From a bacterium (GTDB lineage Bacteria > Patescibacteriota > Minisyncoccia > Minisyncoccales > GBS-2): a stretch of DNA of 64,000 nt. The notes below the pieces were generated by a model, which saw only the letters and a program-made list of their open reading frames with translations, was not told the DNA's origin and ran no database searches. Positions 55,598 through 64,000 of the stretch are shown here, one piece after another; position 1 is the first letter of the stretch, and every line of letters begins with the position of its first letter. Both the position numbers and the translations under genes were made by a program. The stretch is from contig DAIRUS010000001.1 of the NCBI GenBank assembly GCA_036803205.1, positions 20,290 to 84,289 of the forward strand, written 5' to 3'.

Positions 55598-56860
55598 ATG
55601 GTTTTTATTACTGATTTTCATATCCACTCGAAATATTCTAGAGCTACTAGTAAAGATATGAACCTGGAGAATCTTGATAAGTGGGCAAGAATCAAAGGCA
55701 TTAAGGTTTTAGGGACAGGAGATTTTACTCATCCTCAATGGCTAAAAGAATTAAAAGAAAAATTGGAACCGGCCGAAGTCGGACTTCTTAAGTTAAAATT
55801 CAATCAGCAATCAGTGCGTTTTATTCTAACCACTGAAGTTAGCTGTGTTTATTCCAAAAAAGGAAAAGTTAGAAAAATTCATATTGTAATTTTCGCCCCT
55901 TCTTTTGAAAGCGTTGACAAAATTAACGCCCATTTGAGTTGGATTGGCAATCTCAAAGCTGATGGCCGACCAATTTTAGGATTAGATGTCAAAGAATTAG
56001 CTAAAGTTGTTTTAAACATCTCTCCAGACTGTTTTATTGTTCCAGCTCATATTTGGACCCCTCACTTTAGTTTATTTGGCTCGCGTTCCGGTTTTGATTC
56101 AATAGAAGAGAGTTTTGAAGAGTATTCGAAATATGTTTTTGCTGGCGAAACCGGCTTAAGCTCAAATCCGGCCATGAATTGGCGGTGGTCAGCCTTAGAT
56201 AAAATTACTTTAATCTCAAATAGCGATAGCCATTCGCCATCGCGTATTGGCCGAGAAGCTAATGTTTTTGAGGGCGAAGAAATAAACTACAATTCTATTA
56301 TTGGAGCGATAAAACACAGAGGTTCAACCTTTGCCAATTTAAAATTGATTTATACGATTGAATTTTTTCCCGAAGAAGGAAAATATCATTATGACGGTCA
56401 CCGGCTTTGCGGAATTTCTTTATCTCCAAAAGAAACCAAAAAGTATAATGAAATCTGCCCGGTTTGTGGTCGACCTTTAACAATCGGAGTTTTAAATCGG
56501 ATTGAACAATTAGCTGATCGACCGGAAGGTTTTAAACCAGAAGGCGCCATTCCTTTCAAAAGTTTAATCCCTCTCGAAGAAATCATTGCCGATGCCATAT
56601 CGCAGAGCCGGGGGACAGTTGAAGTAGAAAAAGAATACAAAAGTTTAATAGAAAAATTTGGCTCGGAATTTGAGGTTTTAATTAATACTAAAAGAGAAGA
56701 TTTAGAAAAAGCTACCTTGCCAGAGATCGCCGAAGGAATAATCAGGGTCAGAGAAGGGAGAGTGAAGATTGAACCTGGCTATGATGGGGTTTATGGAAAA
56801 GTTAACCTTTTTTCTCAGAGAGAGCAAAAATTAACTTCTCGCCAAAAGACCTTGTTTTAA
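55598..56860 (+). CDS. endonuclease Q-like protein (PHP domain + C-terminal zinc finger)
   Basis: MVFITDFHIHSKYSRATSKDM (compare archaeal EndoQ DLHIHSRYSRATS, from memory). PHP-type His/Asp ligands. CPVCGRPLTIGVLNRIEQLADR zinc-finger region. 420 aa. Confidence 0.6.
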   Translation: MVFITDFHIHSKYSRATSKDMNLENLDKWARIKGIKVLGTGDFTHPQWLKELKEKLEPAEVGLLKLKFNQQSVRFILTTEVSCVYSKKGKVRKIHIVIFAPSFESVDKINAHLSWIGNLKADGRPILGLDVKELAKVVLNISPDCFIVPAHIWTPHFSLFGSRSGFDSIEESFEEYSKYVFAGETGLSSNPAMNWRWSALDKITLISNSDSHSPSRIGREANVFEGEEINYNSIIGAIKHRGSTFANLKLIYTIEFFPEEGKYHYDGHRLCGISLSPKETKKYNEICPVCGRPLTIGVLNRIEQLADRPEGFKPEGAIPFKSLIPLEEIIADAISQSRGTVEVEKEYKSLIEKFGSEFEVLINTKREDLEKATLPEIAEGIIRVREGRVKIEPGYDGVYGKVNLFSQREQKLTSRQKTLF

Positions 56861-56863
56861 TTT

Positions 56864-57742
56864 ATGAAAGTGGGTATACCAAGAGCTTTAATTTATTGGA
56901 AAAGACCCTATTTCTGGGAGAATTTTTTTGAAAATTTAGGACTTGAGGTCTTACTTTCGCCAATGACAAATAAAGAAATTATTGAGACGGGAGTGAAGAC
57001 TTCTGACCCGGAAAATTGTTTTTCCAATAAGGTTTATTGGGGACATTTGTTGTGGCTTGAGGGAAAATGTAATTTTATTTTTGTTCCGAGATTAAAGACA
57101 AACGAAGAGAAGTTAGAATACTGTCCGAAATTTTTTGGGATTCCAGACTTGGCAAAAATTTTGGTTAAAACCCCAATTTTAACCGAAATTTTTGACGAAA
57201 GAAAAGAAAAATTTGAGAAAACCCTTGAAAAATTAGGGCAGAAATTAAAGAAAACCAAAAAGGAGGTAAAAGAAGCGTTAGAAAAAACTCTTTTGAGAGA
57301 AAAAGAAGCGAAAGAAAAAGAGCGCAAAAAATTTTTTGAAAAAATTAGTTCCAAAAAGAAAAAAATTATTTTGATTTCCCACCCCTATAATTTATATGAT
57401 GAATATATTAATCTAAAAATGGGAGAAAGGTTGCAAAAATTGGGATCTGAGGTAATATTTATAGACGAAATTCCCGCTAATAAATTACAAGCTGAATGGC
57501 CAAAGTTTCACTGGGAATTTGGTAAAGAAATAATGGAGAAAATTGATGAGATTTTGAAGCACGAAATTTCTGGGGCAATCCAAATTTCTTCTTTTGCCTG
57601 TGGTTGCGATGCTGTCCTGAAAGAATTTGTTGAAAAAAGAGTCAAAGAAGCCAAAGTCCCATTCTTATACCTAATCATTGATGAACACACCGGCGAAGCC
57701 GGTTTTCAGACAAGGTTAGAAGCCTTTGTTGATACAATATGA
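56864..57742 (+). CDS. CoA-substrate-specific-enzyme-activase-associated domain protein (DUF2229 / 2-hydroxyacyl-CoA-dehydratase-like), part 1
   Basis: Ends ...SSFACGCDAVLKEF...HTGEAGFQTRLEAFVDTI, paralogous to the next gene's C-terminus (EQVAEAGINTRLEAFVD). Family assignment from memory. Confidence 0.45.
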   Translation: MKVGIPRALIYWKRPYFWENFFENLGLEVLLSPMTNKEIIETGVKTSDPENCFSNKVYWGHLLWLEGKCNFIFVPRLKTNEEKLEYCPKFFGIPDLAKILVKTPILTEIFDERKEKFEKTLEKLGQKLKKTKKEVKEALEKTLLREKEAKEKERKKFFEKISSKKKKIILISHPYNLYDEYINLKMGERLQKLGSEVIFIDEIPANKLQAEWPKFHWEFGKEIMEKIDEILKHEISGAIQISSFACGCDAVLKEFVEKRVKEAKVPFLYLIIDEHTGEAGFQTRLEAFVDTI

Positions 57743-58809
57743 TACCAATTGTTACTTTTGCTAGATGGGGCAATTATACAATTGCTTTTAAAACCCTATT
57801 TGAACAACTAGGGGTAAAAGTTATTTCTCCAGAAAAGACAACTTCTCAAACGATTACTGAAGGAGCAAAAATTGCACCGGAGATGTATTGCTTTCCTTTG
57901 AAAGTTAATTTAGGGAATTATTTAGAGGCAATCAGGAAAGGAGCCAACACTATTTTTATGGCTACCGCCTTGAGTGGTTCTTGTCGTTTGAGGTATTATG
58001 GTATAGTTCAGGATAAGGTTTTGAGAGAGGCTGGTTATCAACCAAACTTTATCATTTTCGATCAAAACCTCAAAGACATCTACTTTAAACTAAAAAAAAT
58101 TTCTAAAGCTTCCTTCTGGCAAATTTTAAAGGCGGCAAAATTTTGTCTTAGAAAGCTAAGGCTTGTTGAGAAATTAGAAAAAAAGGCTCAATATATAAGA
58201 CCGAGAGAGATTGAAAAAGGAGCAATTGATAGATTGCTGAATGAAGCTTTTTTAAAGCTCGAGAAGATAAATAAAGAAAAAGATTTTTCAAATTTTCAAA
58301 AAGAGATTTTCAAAAAAGTTTCAGAAATTAGAATAGATAAAGATAGGGACGTGCCGAAAGTAGGTTTGATTGGAGAAATTTATACAGTTTGTGATCCGAT
58401 AGTAAATTTTGAGGTTGAAAAGAAATTAGGCCAAAAAGGCTTTGAGGTTCATCGTGAAATGGACTTAACTTATCACCTAAAGAAAAAAATTTTTCTCTGG
58501 AAAGATTGGATAATCCAAAAAGAAATAAATCCCTATTTACGTTCCACGGTTGGTGGTCATGGTCGAGATGCCATTTACGAAATGCTAAAATATACGAAAG
58601 AAGGTTTTGATGGAATAATTCATCTATTGCCGGCTATGTGTATGCCAGAGGTAACCGTTAGGCCAATTTTAGAAAAAATTCACCAAGAATCGGGCATCCC
58701 ATTTTTGTCGCTTTCATTAGATGAACAAGTGGCTGAGGCCGGAATTAATACCCGGCTTGAAGCTTTTGTTGATGTCGTTGAAAATTACTATGCAAGAAAA
58801 AAAGCTTAA
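57739..58809 (+). CDS. CoA-substrate-specific-enzyme-activase-associated domain protein (DUF2229/HGD-D-like), part 2
   Basis: Cys-containing SGSCRLRYYG, LLPAMCMPEV. C-terminal AEAGINTRLEAFVD. ATGA overlap with the previous gene. Confidence 0.45.
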   Translation: MIPIVTFARWGNYTIAFKTLFEQLGVKVISPEKTTSQTITEGAKIAPEMYCFPLKVNLGNYLEAIRKGANTIFMATALSGSCRLRYYGIVQDKVLREAGYQPNFIIFDQNLKDIYFKLKKISKASFWQILKAAKFCLRKLRLVEKLEKKAQYIRPREIEKGAIDRLLNEAFLKLEKINKEKDFSNFQKEIFKKVSEIRIDKDRDVPKVGLIGEIYTVCDPIVNFEVEKKLGQKGFEVHREMDLTYHLKKKIFLWKDWIIQKEINPYLRSTVGGHGRDAIYEMLKYTKEGFDGIIHLLPAMCMPEVTVRPILEKIHQESGIPFLSLSLDEQVAEAGINTRLEAFVDVVENYYARKKA

Positions 58810-59770
58810 AACTTATTTGGGAATTGATGTGGGCTCCTTGACCATAAAGATTGTTCTGATTAACAAAGAAAATCAGGTTTTATATTCAACTTATGAAAGG
58901 ACGGGCGGAAGACCGATTGAAGCTATTCAAAATGGCTTGAAAGCTTTAAAAAATTGGATTTTAAACCACAATCCAGAAATTGAAATTTGTGGAGTGGGAA
59001 CTACTGGTTCGGCCAGATATTTGGCGGGAGTAATTATTGGCGCTGACTTAATCAAAAACGAAATTACTGCCCATGCTAGAGGAGTAACCAGTTTTCTTCC
59101 TGCTGTCAAAACAGTGATTGAAATTGGTGGCCAGGATTCAAAAATTATCATTTTGGAAAATGGCACAGTTGTAGATTTTGCTTTAAATTTAGTTTGTGCC
59201 GCTGGTTGCGGCTCTTTTCTTGATGCACAGGCGTTTCGACTAGGAATTCCAGTGAAGATGTTTGGCGAATTGGCTTTGAAATCAAAAAATCCCACCACCC
59301 TAGGTAGTCGTTGTACAGTATTTTGCGAATCAGACATGATTCACAAACAACAAATTGGCCATAAAACCGAAGATATTATAGCTGGACTTTGTCAGGGATT
59401 GGCAAGGAACTTTTTATCTAATGTTGCTAGAGGTAAAAAGATTTTGCCACCAATTGTTTTTTTGGGAGGAGTTTCAGAAAATGTGGGAATGAGAAAAGCG
59501 TTTGAAGAAGCTTTAGGCCAAAAAATTATTGTCCCCTCCTATAATACGGTGATGGGGGCATTCGGAGTAGCTTTGTTGGTTAAGGAAAATCCTCCTCAAG
59601 AAACAAAATTTTTAGGTTTTGAAATTTCTGACAAAGATATAAGATGTACTTCCTTTCAATGCCAGGGATGTCCCAATCGCTGCGAAGTAATTGAAGCCAG
59701 AATTGAAGAAAAAATTATTGCCCGTTGGGGAGATCGTTGCGGAAAGTGGTCGAATCTAACTTCCACTTAA
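58790..59770 (+). CDS. BadF/BadG/BcrA/BcrD-type ATPase (CoA-substrate-specific enzyme activase, HgdC-like)
   Basis: LGIDVGSLTIKIVL (ASKHA phosphate-1). GVGTTGSAR. IGGQDSK. Cluster-bridging cysteines CAAGCGSFLD. C-terminal CxxC..C. Start placed at MQEKKLKTY. Confidence 0.7.
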   Translation: MQEKKLKTYLGIDVGSLTIKIVLINKENQVLYSTYERTGGRPIEAIQNGLKALKNWILNHNPEIEICGVGTTGSARYLAGVIIGADLIKNEITAHARGVTSFLPAVKTVIEIGGQDSKIIILENGTVVDFALNLVCAAGCGSFLDAQAFRLGIPVKMFGELALKSKNPTTLGSRCTVFCESDMIHKQQIGHKTEDIIAGLCQGLARNFLSNVARGKKILPPIVFLGGVSENVGMRKAFEEALGQKIIVPSYNTVMGAFGVALLVKENPPQETKFLGFEISDKDIRCTSFQCQGCPNRCEVIEARIEEKIIARWGDRCGKWSNLTST

Positions 59771-59852
59771 CCACCCAACACTGCCTATTTATTATTGCGA
59801 TCGCAATAATTGTGAGGCAGTAAAAATCTTATTAAGGCTTTATAAGGTTTAT

Positions 59853-60368
59853 ATGGAGGTTTTAGAAGTTATTAAAAATCGCCGGAGTATTCGGAAATTT
59901 GAAAAAAAAGAAATCCCAATAGAGGTTTTTGATAAATTAGCTGAATCTTTAATTTGGGCACCGAGCGCGGGTAATCTCCAATCGAGGAAATTTTATTTTA
60001 TTTTTAATCAGGAAATTAAAGAAAAATTAGCTGAGGCTGCTTTGAACCAAGATTTTATTGCTCAAGCCCCTTTAGTGATTGTTGGTTGCGCTGACGATAA
60101 AATCGTTTTTAGATATGGAGAGCGGGGGAAAAATCTTTATTCAATTTGTGACGTTTCGGCTTCAATTGAGAATATGATGATTTTGGCTACCGAATTTGGT
60201 TTGGGCAGTTGTTGGGTTGGTGCTTTTGATGAAAAAGAAGTGGCGAAAATTTTAAATTTACCAGAAAATTTAAGACCGGTGGTCATCTGTCCTATTGGCT
60301 ACCCCGCCGAGAAACCTTCGGCTCCTCCGCGGGTCTCAAAAAAAGAGGCAGTAAATCTCATTAAATAA
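59853..60368 (+). CDS. nitroreductase family protein
   Basis: VIKNRRSIRKFEKKEIPIEV...APSAGNLQ nitroreductase signature. 171 aa. Confidence 0.8.
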   Translation: MEVLEVIKNRRSIRKFEKKEIPIEVFDKLAESLIWAPSAGNLQSRKFYFIFNQEIKEKLAEAALNQDFIAQAPLVIVGCADDKIVFRYGERGKNLYSICDVSASIENMMILATEFGLGSCWVGAFDEKEVAKILNLPENLRPVVICPIGYPAEKPSAPPRVSKKEAVNLIK

Positions 60369-60379
60369 AATCTTTTTCT

Positions 60380-60742
60380 ATGATTGAAGAGTATTATTTT
60401 GGTTTAATTACTATTGATGGGAAAACTTACAATCACGATATTGAGGTCCGTTGGACGGGGGAAGTTTTGAAATGGCAGAGAGCTGAAAGTCATGTGATTG
60501 ATGTTGAAGATGTAAAACGAGCAGTTGAGCAGAATCCAGAAACGATTATTATTGGAACCGGTGAAGGAGGGGTGGCCAAGGTGACTGAAGGGGCTCAAAA
60601 ATTTATCAAGGAAAAAGGGATTGAGTTAATTATTGATTTGACCGAGCAGGCAATCAAAACCTTCAACATTAGAAAAGAAGAATCAAAAGAAGGGGAAGGC
60701 AGAGAAGAAAGGGTAATCGGTCTCTTTCATTTGACATGTTAA
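60380..60742 (+). CDS. Mth938-like domain protein (DUF498)
   Basis: GLITIDGKTYNHDIEV...TIIIGTGEGGVAKVTEGAQKFIKEKGIELIIDLTEQAIKTFN matches the Mth938 pattern (from memory). Confidence 0.55.
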   Translation: MIEEYYFGLITIDGKTYNHDIEVRWTGEVLKWQRAESHVIDVEDVKRAVEQNPETIIIGTGEGGVAKVTEGAQKFIKEKGIELIIDLTEQAIKTFNIRKEESKEGEGREERVIGLFHLTC

Positions 60743-60897
60743 TTTAATTTGTTAAAATAAGGTAGACGGATAAGTCGAAGTATCTTAAATTAAGTCTTCA
60801 ATAATTTTTTTTAAAAATTAGAGAAGGCCAAATAAGTAGAGCGACTTAGAGTCAACAAAGGTCGCTTTTAATTTTATTTGCTAATTAAAGCGAATTT

Positions 60898-61083
60898 ATG
60901 GCCTTCAAAAAATTTGAACCAAGAGGGGATTTTACTCCCCGCCAGATGGTTAAAGGAAATTGGAAATGTACTGATTGTGGAGTAGAAATAACCGAGCTAC
61001 CATTTGAACCAGCCCCCGATAGACCAATTTACTGTCGAGATTGTTGGGCGAAAAGAAGAAAAGAAAGACCAAGGCGCTTCTAG
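60898..61083 (+). CDS. small zinc-ribbon protein (CxxC...CxxC)
   Basis: NWKCTDCGVEITELPFEPAPDRPIYCRDCW. 61 aa, basic C-terminus. Confidence 0.45.
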   Translation: MAFKKFEPRGDFTPRQMVKGNWKCTDCGVEITELPFEPAPDRPIYCRDCWAKRRKERPRRF

Positions 61084-61092
61084 TCTCCAGCA

Positions 61093-61125
61093 AAAGCTCC
61101 GCTAATAGCGGGGCTTTTTGTTATA
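61093..61125 (+). terminator. rho-independent terminator after the zinc-ribbon gene
   Basis: GCTCCGCTAATAGCGGGGC hairpin followed by TTTTTGTT. Confidence 0.6.
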
Positions 61126-61223
61126 ATAAAAACCTTTTTTAAAAACAACTAAAAAGTTGTTATAATAAACTAATTAATCCCCAATCAAACAAAGGTTGAA
61201 TAATTAAAAAAAGAAGGCTAAAT

Positions 61224-62804
61224 ATGCCAGAAGAAAAGAGAGAACAATTTTTAAGCTTTCAACCTCAGGAAATTTCCTTCCGGGAGAAAAAACCTAAACC
61301 GAAAGTCTTCACCTCGATTTTGATTTTGGTCCTAATTCTTTTTGCCGGATTGATCGGAATTTTAGCTTCTAGAATGTGGGATCCGCTTTGGAATCCTTTT
61401 CGACCAGCACCAGAAAGAGTAATTGAAAAAATGTTTTTAGAAATGAAAAAAATCAAAACTTCCCAGAGGAAAGCCGGGTTTTCAATAAAAGGAGAGAACG
61501 GAGAAAAATTAGAACTGACTATCAAAACAGAAGGAAAAATAGACAAGATTAACCCCGAAAATCCAAAAATTGAAGAACGTTTTGACCTCCTTTTCCAAAG
61601 TGATTTTGAAGAAACGCCCCTGGGCATAAAATTTGCTTTTAGTGGAGAGTCGAAGGTAATAGATAATGTTTTTTATATAAAATTTACTAAATTGCCCTCA
61701 ATCCCTGGCTTAGAAATAATTGGGGTAATTTTTCCTTCAATTAGAGACCAATGGATTAAAATCGATAAAGAGTCATTGATTGAATATATGAAAAAAGTCT
61801 TTCCCGAGAAATGGACGCCAGAAACGGAAAGGATGATAAAGGAAAGTTTCGAAAGGCAAAAAACTTTCGAAAAGGAGGCTGGAGAAAGACTAGAAGAGAT
61901 TTTGAGGAACAAAAAGCTTTTTATCGTAAAAAAAGAATTGCCTGATGAAAAAATTGAGGGAGTAAAAGTTTATCACTATGTCATTAGTCTGAACCATGAA
62001 GAAATTATCCGAACCATTCCTGAAATTTTAAAGGTAGTCGAAGAAACAGTATTAAAAGAATATGGAGCCTCACCAACAATAGAGATGGATGAAGAGTTTG
62101 AGAAAAAAATGAGAGCAATTTTTGATAAGATTGGAGAAATAGAAGGAGAGCTTTGGATCGGGAAAAAAGACTATCTTCTTTATCGGGTTAAAGGGAAAAA
62201 AGTTTTTGACTTGAGCAAATTAACTGAAAATAAAGAAAAAGGTTATTTCACAATTAAGATAGAGATTGAAAATTCTCGATTTAATCAGCCAGTGGAAATT
62301 AGTCTTCCTGCTGAATTTAAAACCATCGAAGAAGCTTTAGATCCACTCTTCCAGGGAATAAAAAAAAGAGGACAAGCGGCAGCAGACCTCCAGCTCAAAA
62401 TGTCTCTTAACTATTTGTATTTTTTAGCCAAAGAAATATATTCGAAAGAAAAGTCGTACAAGAATCTTTGTCTTAATTTTACCCTTAATGAAAATGAGAA
62501 AAATTATGGAAAAGATTTGTTCCAGCTAGAAAATGATATTAAAGAAATTCAAGGAGGGCGATTAAAACTTTCTTGCTATAGCCTAACTGACTCTTATTGT
62601 GTGACCGCTGATTTAGTTTCGAGAGTGGGTAAATTCTGCCTAGATTCTTCAGGTAAAGTTTGGGAAATTAGTGCCACTTCTAGCTGCATAGGAGGTACTT
62701 CAAAAGACCCTTATCGTTGTCCCGAAGCCAAAACAGAGGAGATTCAACCTTACGAATTGGAATTTCCCCTAGAAGAGTTATTTCTCCCTCAAACTTCACC
62801 CTAG
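61224..62804 (+). CDS. membrane-anchored hypothetical protein with C-terminal Cys-rich domain
   Basis: N-terminal TM (VFTSILILVLILFAGLIGILA). C-terminal cysteines C..C...C..C.....C. No motif recognised. Confidence 0.45.
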   Translation: MPEEKREQFLSFQPQEISFREKKPKPKVFTSILILVLILFAGLIGILASRMWDPLWNPFRPAPERVIEKMFLEMKKIKTSQRKAGFSIKGENGEKLELTIKTEGKIDKINPENPKIEERFDLLFQSDFEETPLGIKFAFSGESKVIDNVFYIKFTKLPSIPGLEIIGVIFPSIRDQWIKIDKESLIEYMKKVFPEKWTPETERMIKESFERQKTFEKEAGERLEEILRNKKLFIVKKELPDEKIEGVKVYHYVISLNHEEIIRTIPEILKVVEETVLKEYGASPTIEMDEEFEKKMRAIFDKIGEIEGELWIGKKDYLLYRVKGKKVFDLSKLTENKEKGYFTIKIEIENSRFNQPVEISLPAEFKTIEEALDPLFQGIKKRGQAAADLQLKMSLNYLYFLAKEIYSKEKSYKNLCLNFTLNENEKNYGKDLFQLENDIKEIQGGRLKLSCYSLTDSYCVTADLVSRVGKFCLDSSGKVWEISATSSCIGGTSKDPYRCPEAKTEEIQPYELEFPLEELFLPQTSP

Positions 62805-62851
62805 GCAGGCTTGTTAAAGCTCTTCAAGAAGTAAAATTTATATTTTCCTAA

Positions 62852-63751
62852 ATGTTGCCCAATTATTTAATTCTTTCTAAAGAAGAAATAGATTTTAGAA
62901 TTAAAAAACTTTTTAAAAAGTTAGAAAAGTGCGAAATTTGTCCAAGAAAATGCCGCAAAAATAGATTAAAGGAAGAAAGGGGATATTGTAATTTAGGTTT
63001 TTTGCCAATGGTTTCAGCTTATCATCCTCATTTTGGCGAAGAAAGCGTTTTGGTGGGAAAATATGGCTCAGGAACAATTTTTTTCACCTCTTGTAATCTT
63101 ACCTGTCTCTATTGCCAAAATTATGAAATTTCTCAATTAAGAATTGGCAAAGAAATTTCTTTTGAGGAATTGACGGAAATGATGATTAGTTTACAAAATC
63201 GAGGTTGTCACAATATCAATTTAGTCACTCCCACCTCTCAAGTCCCCCAAATTGTCAAAGCTCTCTCAATTGCCATTGAAAAAGGTTTGAAAATTCCTAT
63301 AGTTTACAACACCAATGCCTATGATTCGGTTGAGACCTTACAATTATTAGACGGCATTATAGATATTTATATGCCTGATGCTAAATATTCAGATGATAAA
63401 ATTGCTCTGAGATATTCTAATGCCCAAAATTATTTTGAAATAATGAAGTTGGCGATAAAAGAAATGTACCATCAGGTAGGCGATTTAATTTTGAATGAGG
63501 ATGGGATAGCTGTTAAAGGTTTATTAGTAAGACACTTGGTTTTGCCAAATGGATTGGCTGGTTCTGAAAAAATTTTTCAATTTTTAGCTAAAGAAATTTC
63601 AAAAAATGTATTTTTAAACATCATGGATCAGTACTGGCCTGCCTGGGAGGCTTTTGAATGCCCTGAGCTTTCAAGGAAAATTTCTGAACAAGAATATCAA
63701 AGAACAATTGACTTAGCCAAAAAAGCCGGCTTAAAAAGACTTTACCGATGA
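62852..63751 (+). CDS. radical SAM protein resembling the AmmeMemoRadiSam-system radical SAM enzyme / PflX-like activase
   Basis: N-terminal auxiliary cluster CEICPRKCRK...GYC. Radical-SAM CNLTCLYCQNYEIS. Family assignment from memory. Confidence 0.5.
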   Translation: MLPNYLILSKEEIDFRIKKLFKKLEKCEICPRKCRKNRLKEERGYCNLGFLPMVSAYHPHFGEESVLVGKYGSGTIFFTSCNLTCLYCQNYEISQLRIGKEISFEELTEMMISLQNRGCHNINLVTPTSQVPQIVKALSIAIEKGLKIPIVYNTNAYDSVETLQLLDGIIDIYMPDAKYSDDKIALRYSNAQNYFEIMKLAIKEMYHQVGDLILNEDGIAVKGLLVRHLVLPNGLAGSEKIFQFLAKEISKNVFLNIMDQYWPAWEAFECPELSRKISEQEYQRTIDLAKKAGLKRLYR

Positions 63752-64000
63752 AAAAATTTTTTCTTTTTTGGACAATTTTTCTTTTTGTCGCTATTTTTTT
63801 TGATTTTTTCTTTTAGTTGAAATCGGAAAATTTGAAAGGGAAATTTCTGAGATTTTTTAACTCAGATACCTGCCCCCTTTTTAAAGTGTCGGTTTCAGCC
63901 AATTACTCTTTTTTTGGGGGTGATATTATGTTGGCAAGGGGAGTTAAGGAAATGGTTGAAAAATATGGCCAAGGTGATTATAAATTCCCTTTTTAAAAAA

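Noticed and set aside
1-64000. Searched for CRISPR arrays, IS elements, integrases, inverted-repeat-flanked mobile elements and toxin-antitoxin pairs
   Set aside because: No regularly spaced direct repeats, no transposase/integrase-like ORFs and no terminal inverted repeats were found. The only repeated nucleotide segment is the 18-nt coiled-coil-tail remnant, reported separately.

Overview
The window reads as a low-GC (about one third GC), gene-dense bacterial chromosome segment spanning the replication origin. On the minus strand sit rpmH-rnpA-yidC-jag; on the plus strand dnaA-dnaN, with two consensus DnaA boxes between dnaA and dnaN. The gene content points to a reduced-genome Candidate Phyla Radiation / Patescibacteria-like organism. 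Overlapping short genes are common, biosynthetic genes are decaying, and many genes are archaeal-type (Elp3, EndoQ, archease-RtcB, an AsnRS-like asparagine synthetase core, a presenilin/SPP-like GxGD protease, Mth938, Nif3, DUF763-like). TGA is a stop codon here: rpmH and fpg both end on TGA at their expected termini. Housekeeping calls are dnaA, dnaN, PBP1A, tyrS, ruvC, yebC, tsaE, a 5'-3' exonuclease, fpg, holA, rpsT, uvrB, a Mur ligase, a family-4 UDG and tRNA-Arg(CCG).

Six non-routine regions stand out:
1. Four co-directional genes at 45-5745, immediately upstream of the origin, encode signal-peptide, Cys-rich proteins sharing a repeated VirB2/TrbC-pilin-like two-helix membrane module (motifs EVTYP ... 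SAGN ... RPEF). The third gene carries this module twice, and the C-terminal domains are paralogous.
2. A signalling island at 19047-28135: two V4R-like paralogs, a PAS protein, two periplasmic binding proteins, a kinase-less HAMP paralog of the adjacent histidine kinase, an alpha/beta hydrolase, and two stand-alone receivers. Three proteins share a C-terminal coiled-coil motif, with a remnant copy in an intergenic region.
3. An orphan TrwB/VirD4-type type IV coupling protein at 30803-33265, followed by four uncharacterised charged ORFs that include a paralog pair.
4. A gene-decay zone at 47157-49790 with three pseudogenes (HPS/OMPDC-like, band-7/SPFH, and prs) flanking an intact UDG.
5. An EndoQ-like gene followed by a three-gene split 'CoA-substrate-specific enzyme activase'-like operon (55598-59770).
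6. A structured intergenic RNA candidate with an intrinsic terminator downstream of the tRNA (53998-54175).

All calls rest on reading the translations and nucleotide sequence by eye; no database searches were run.
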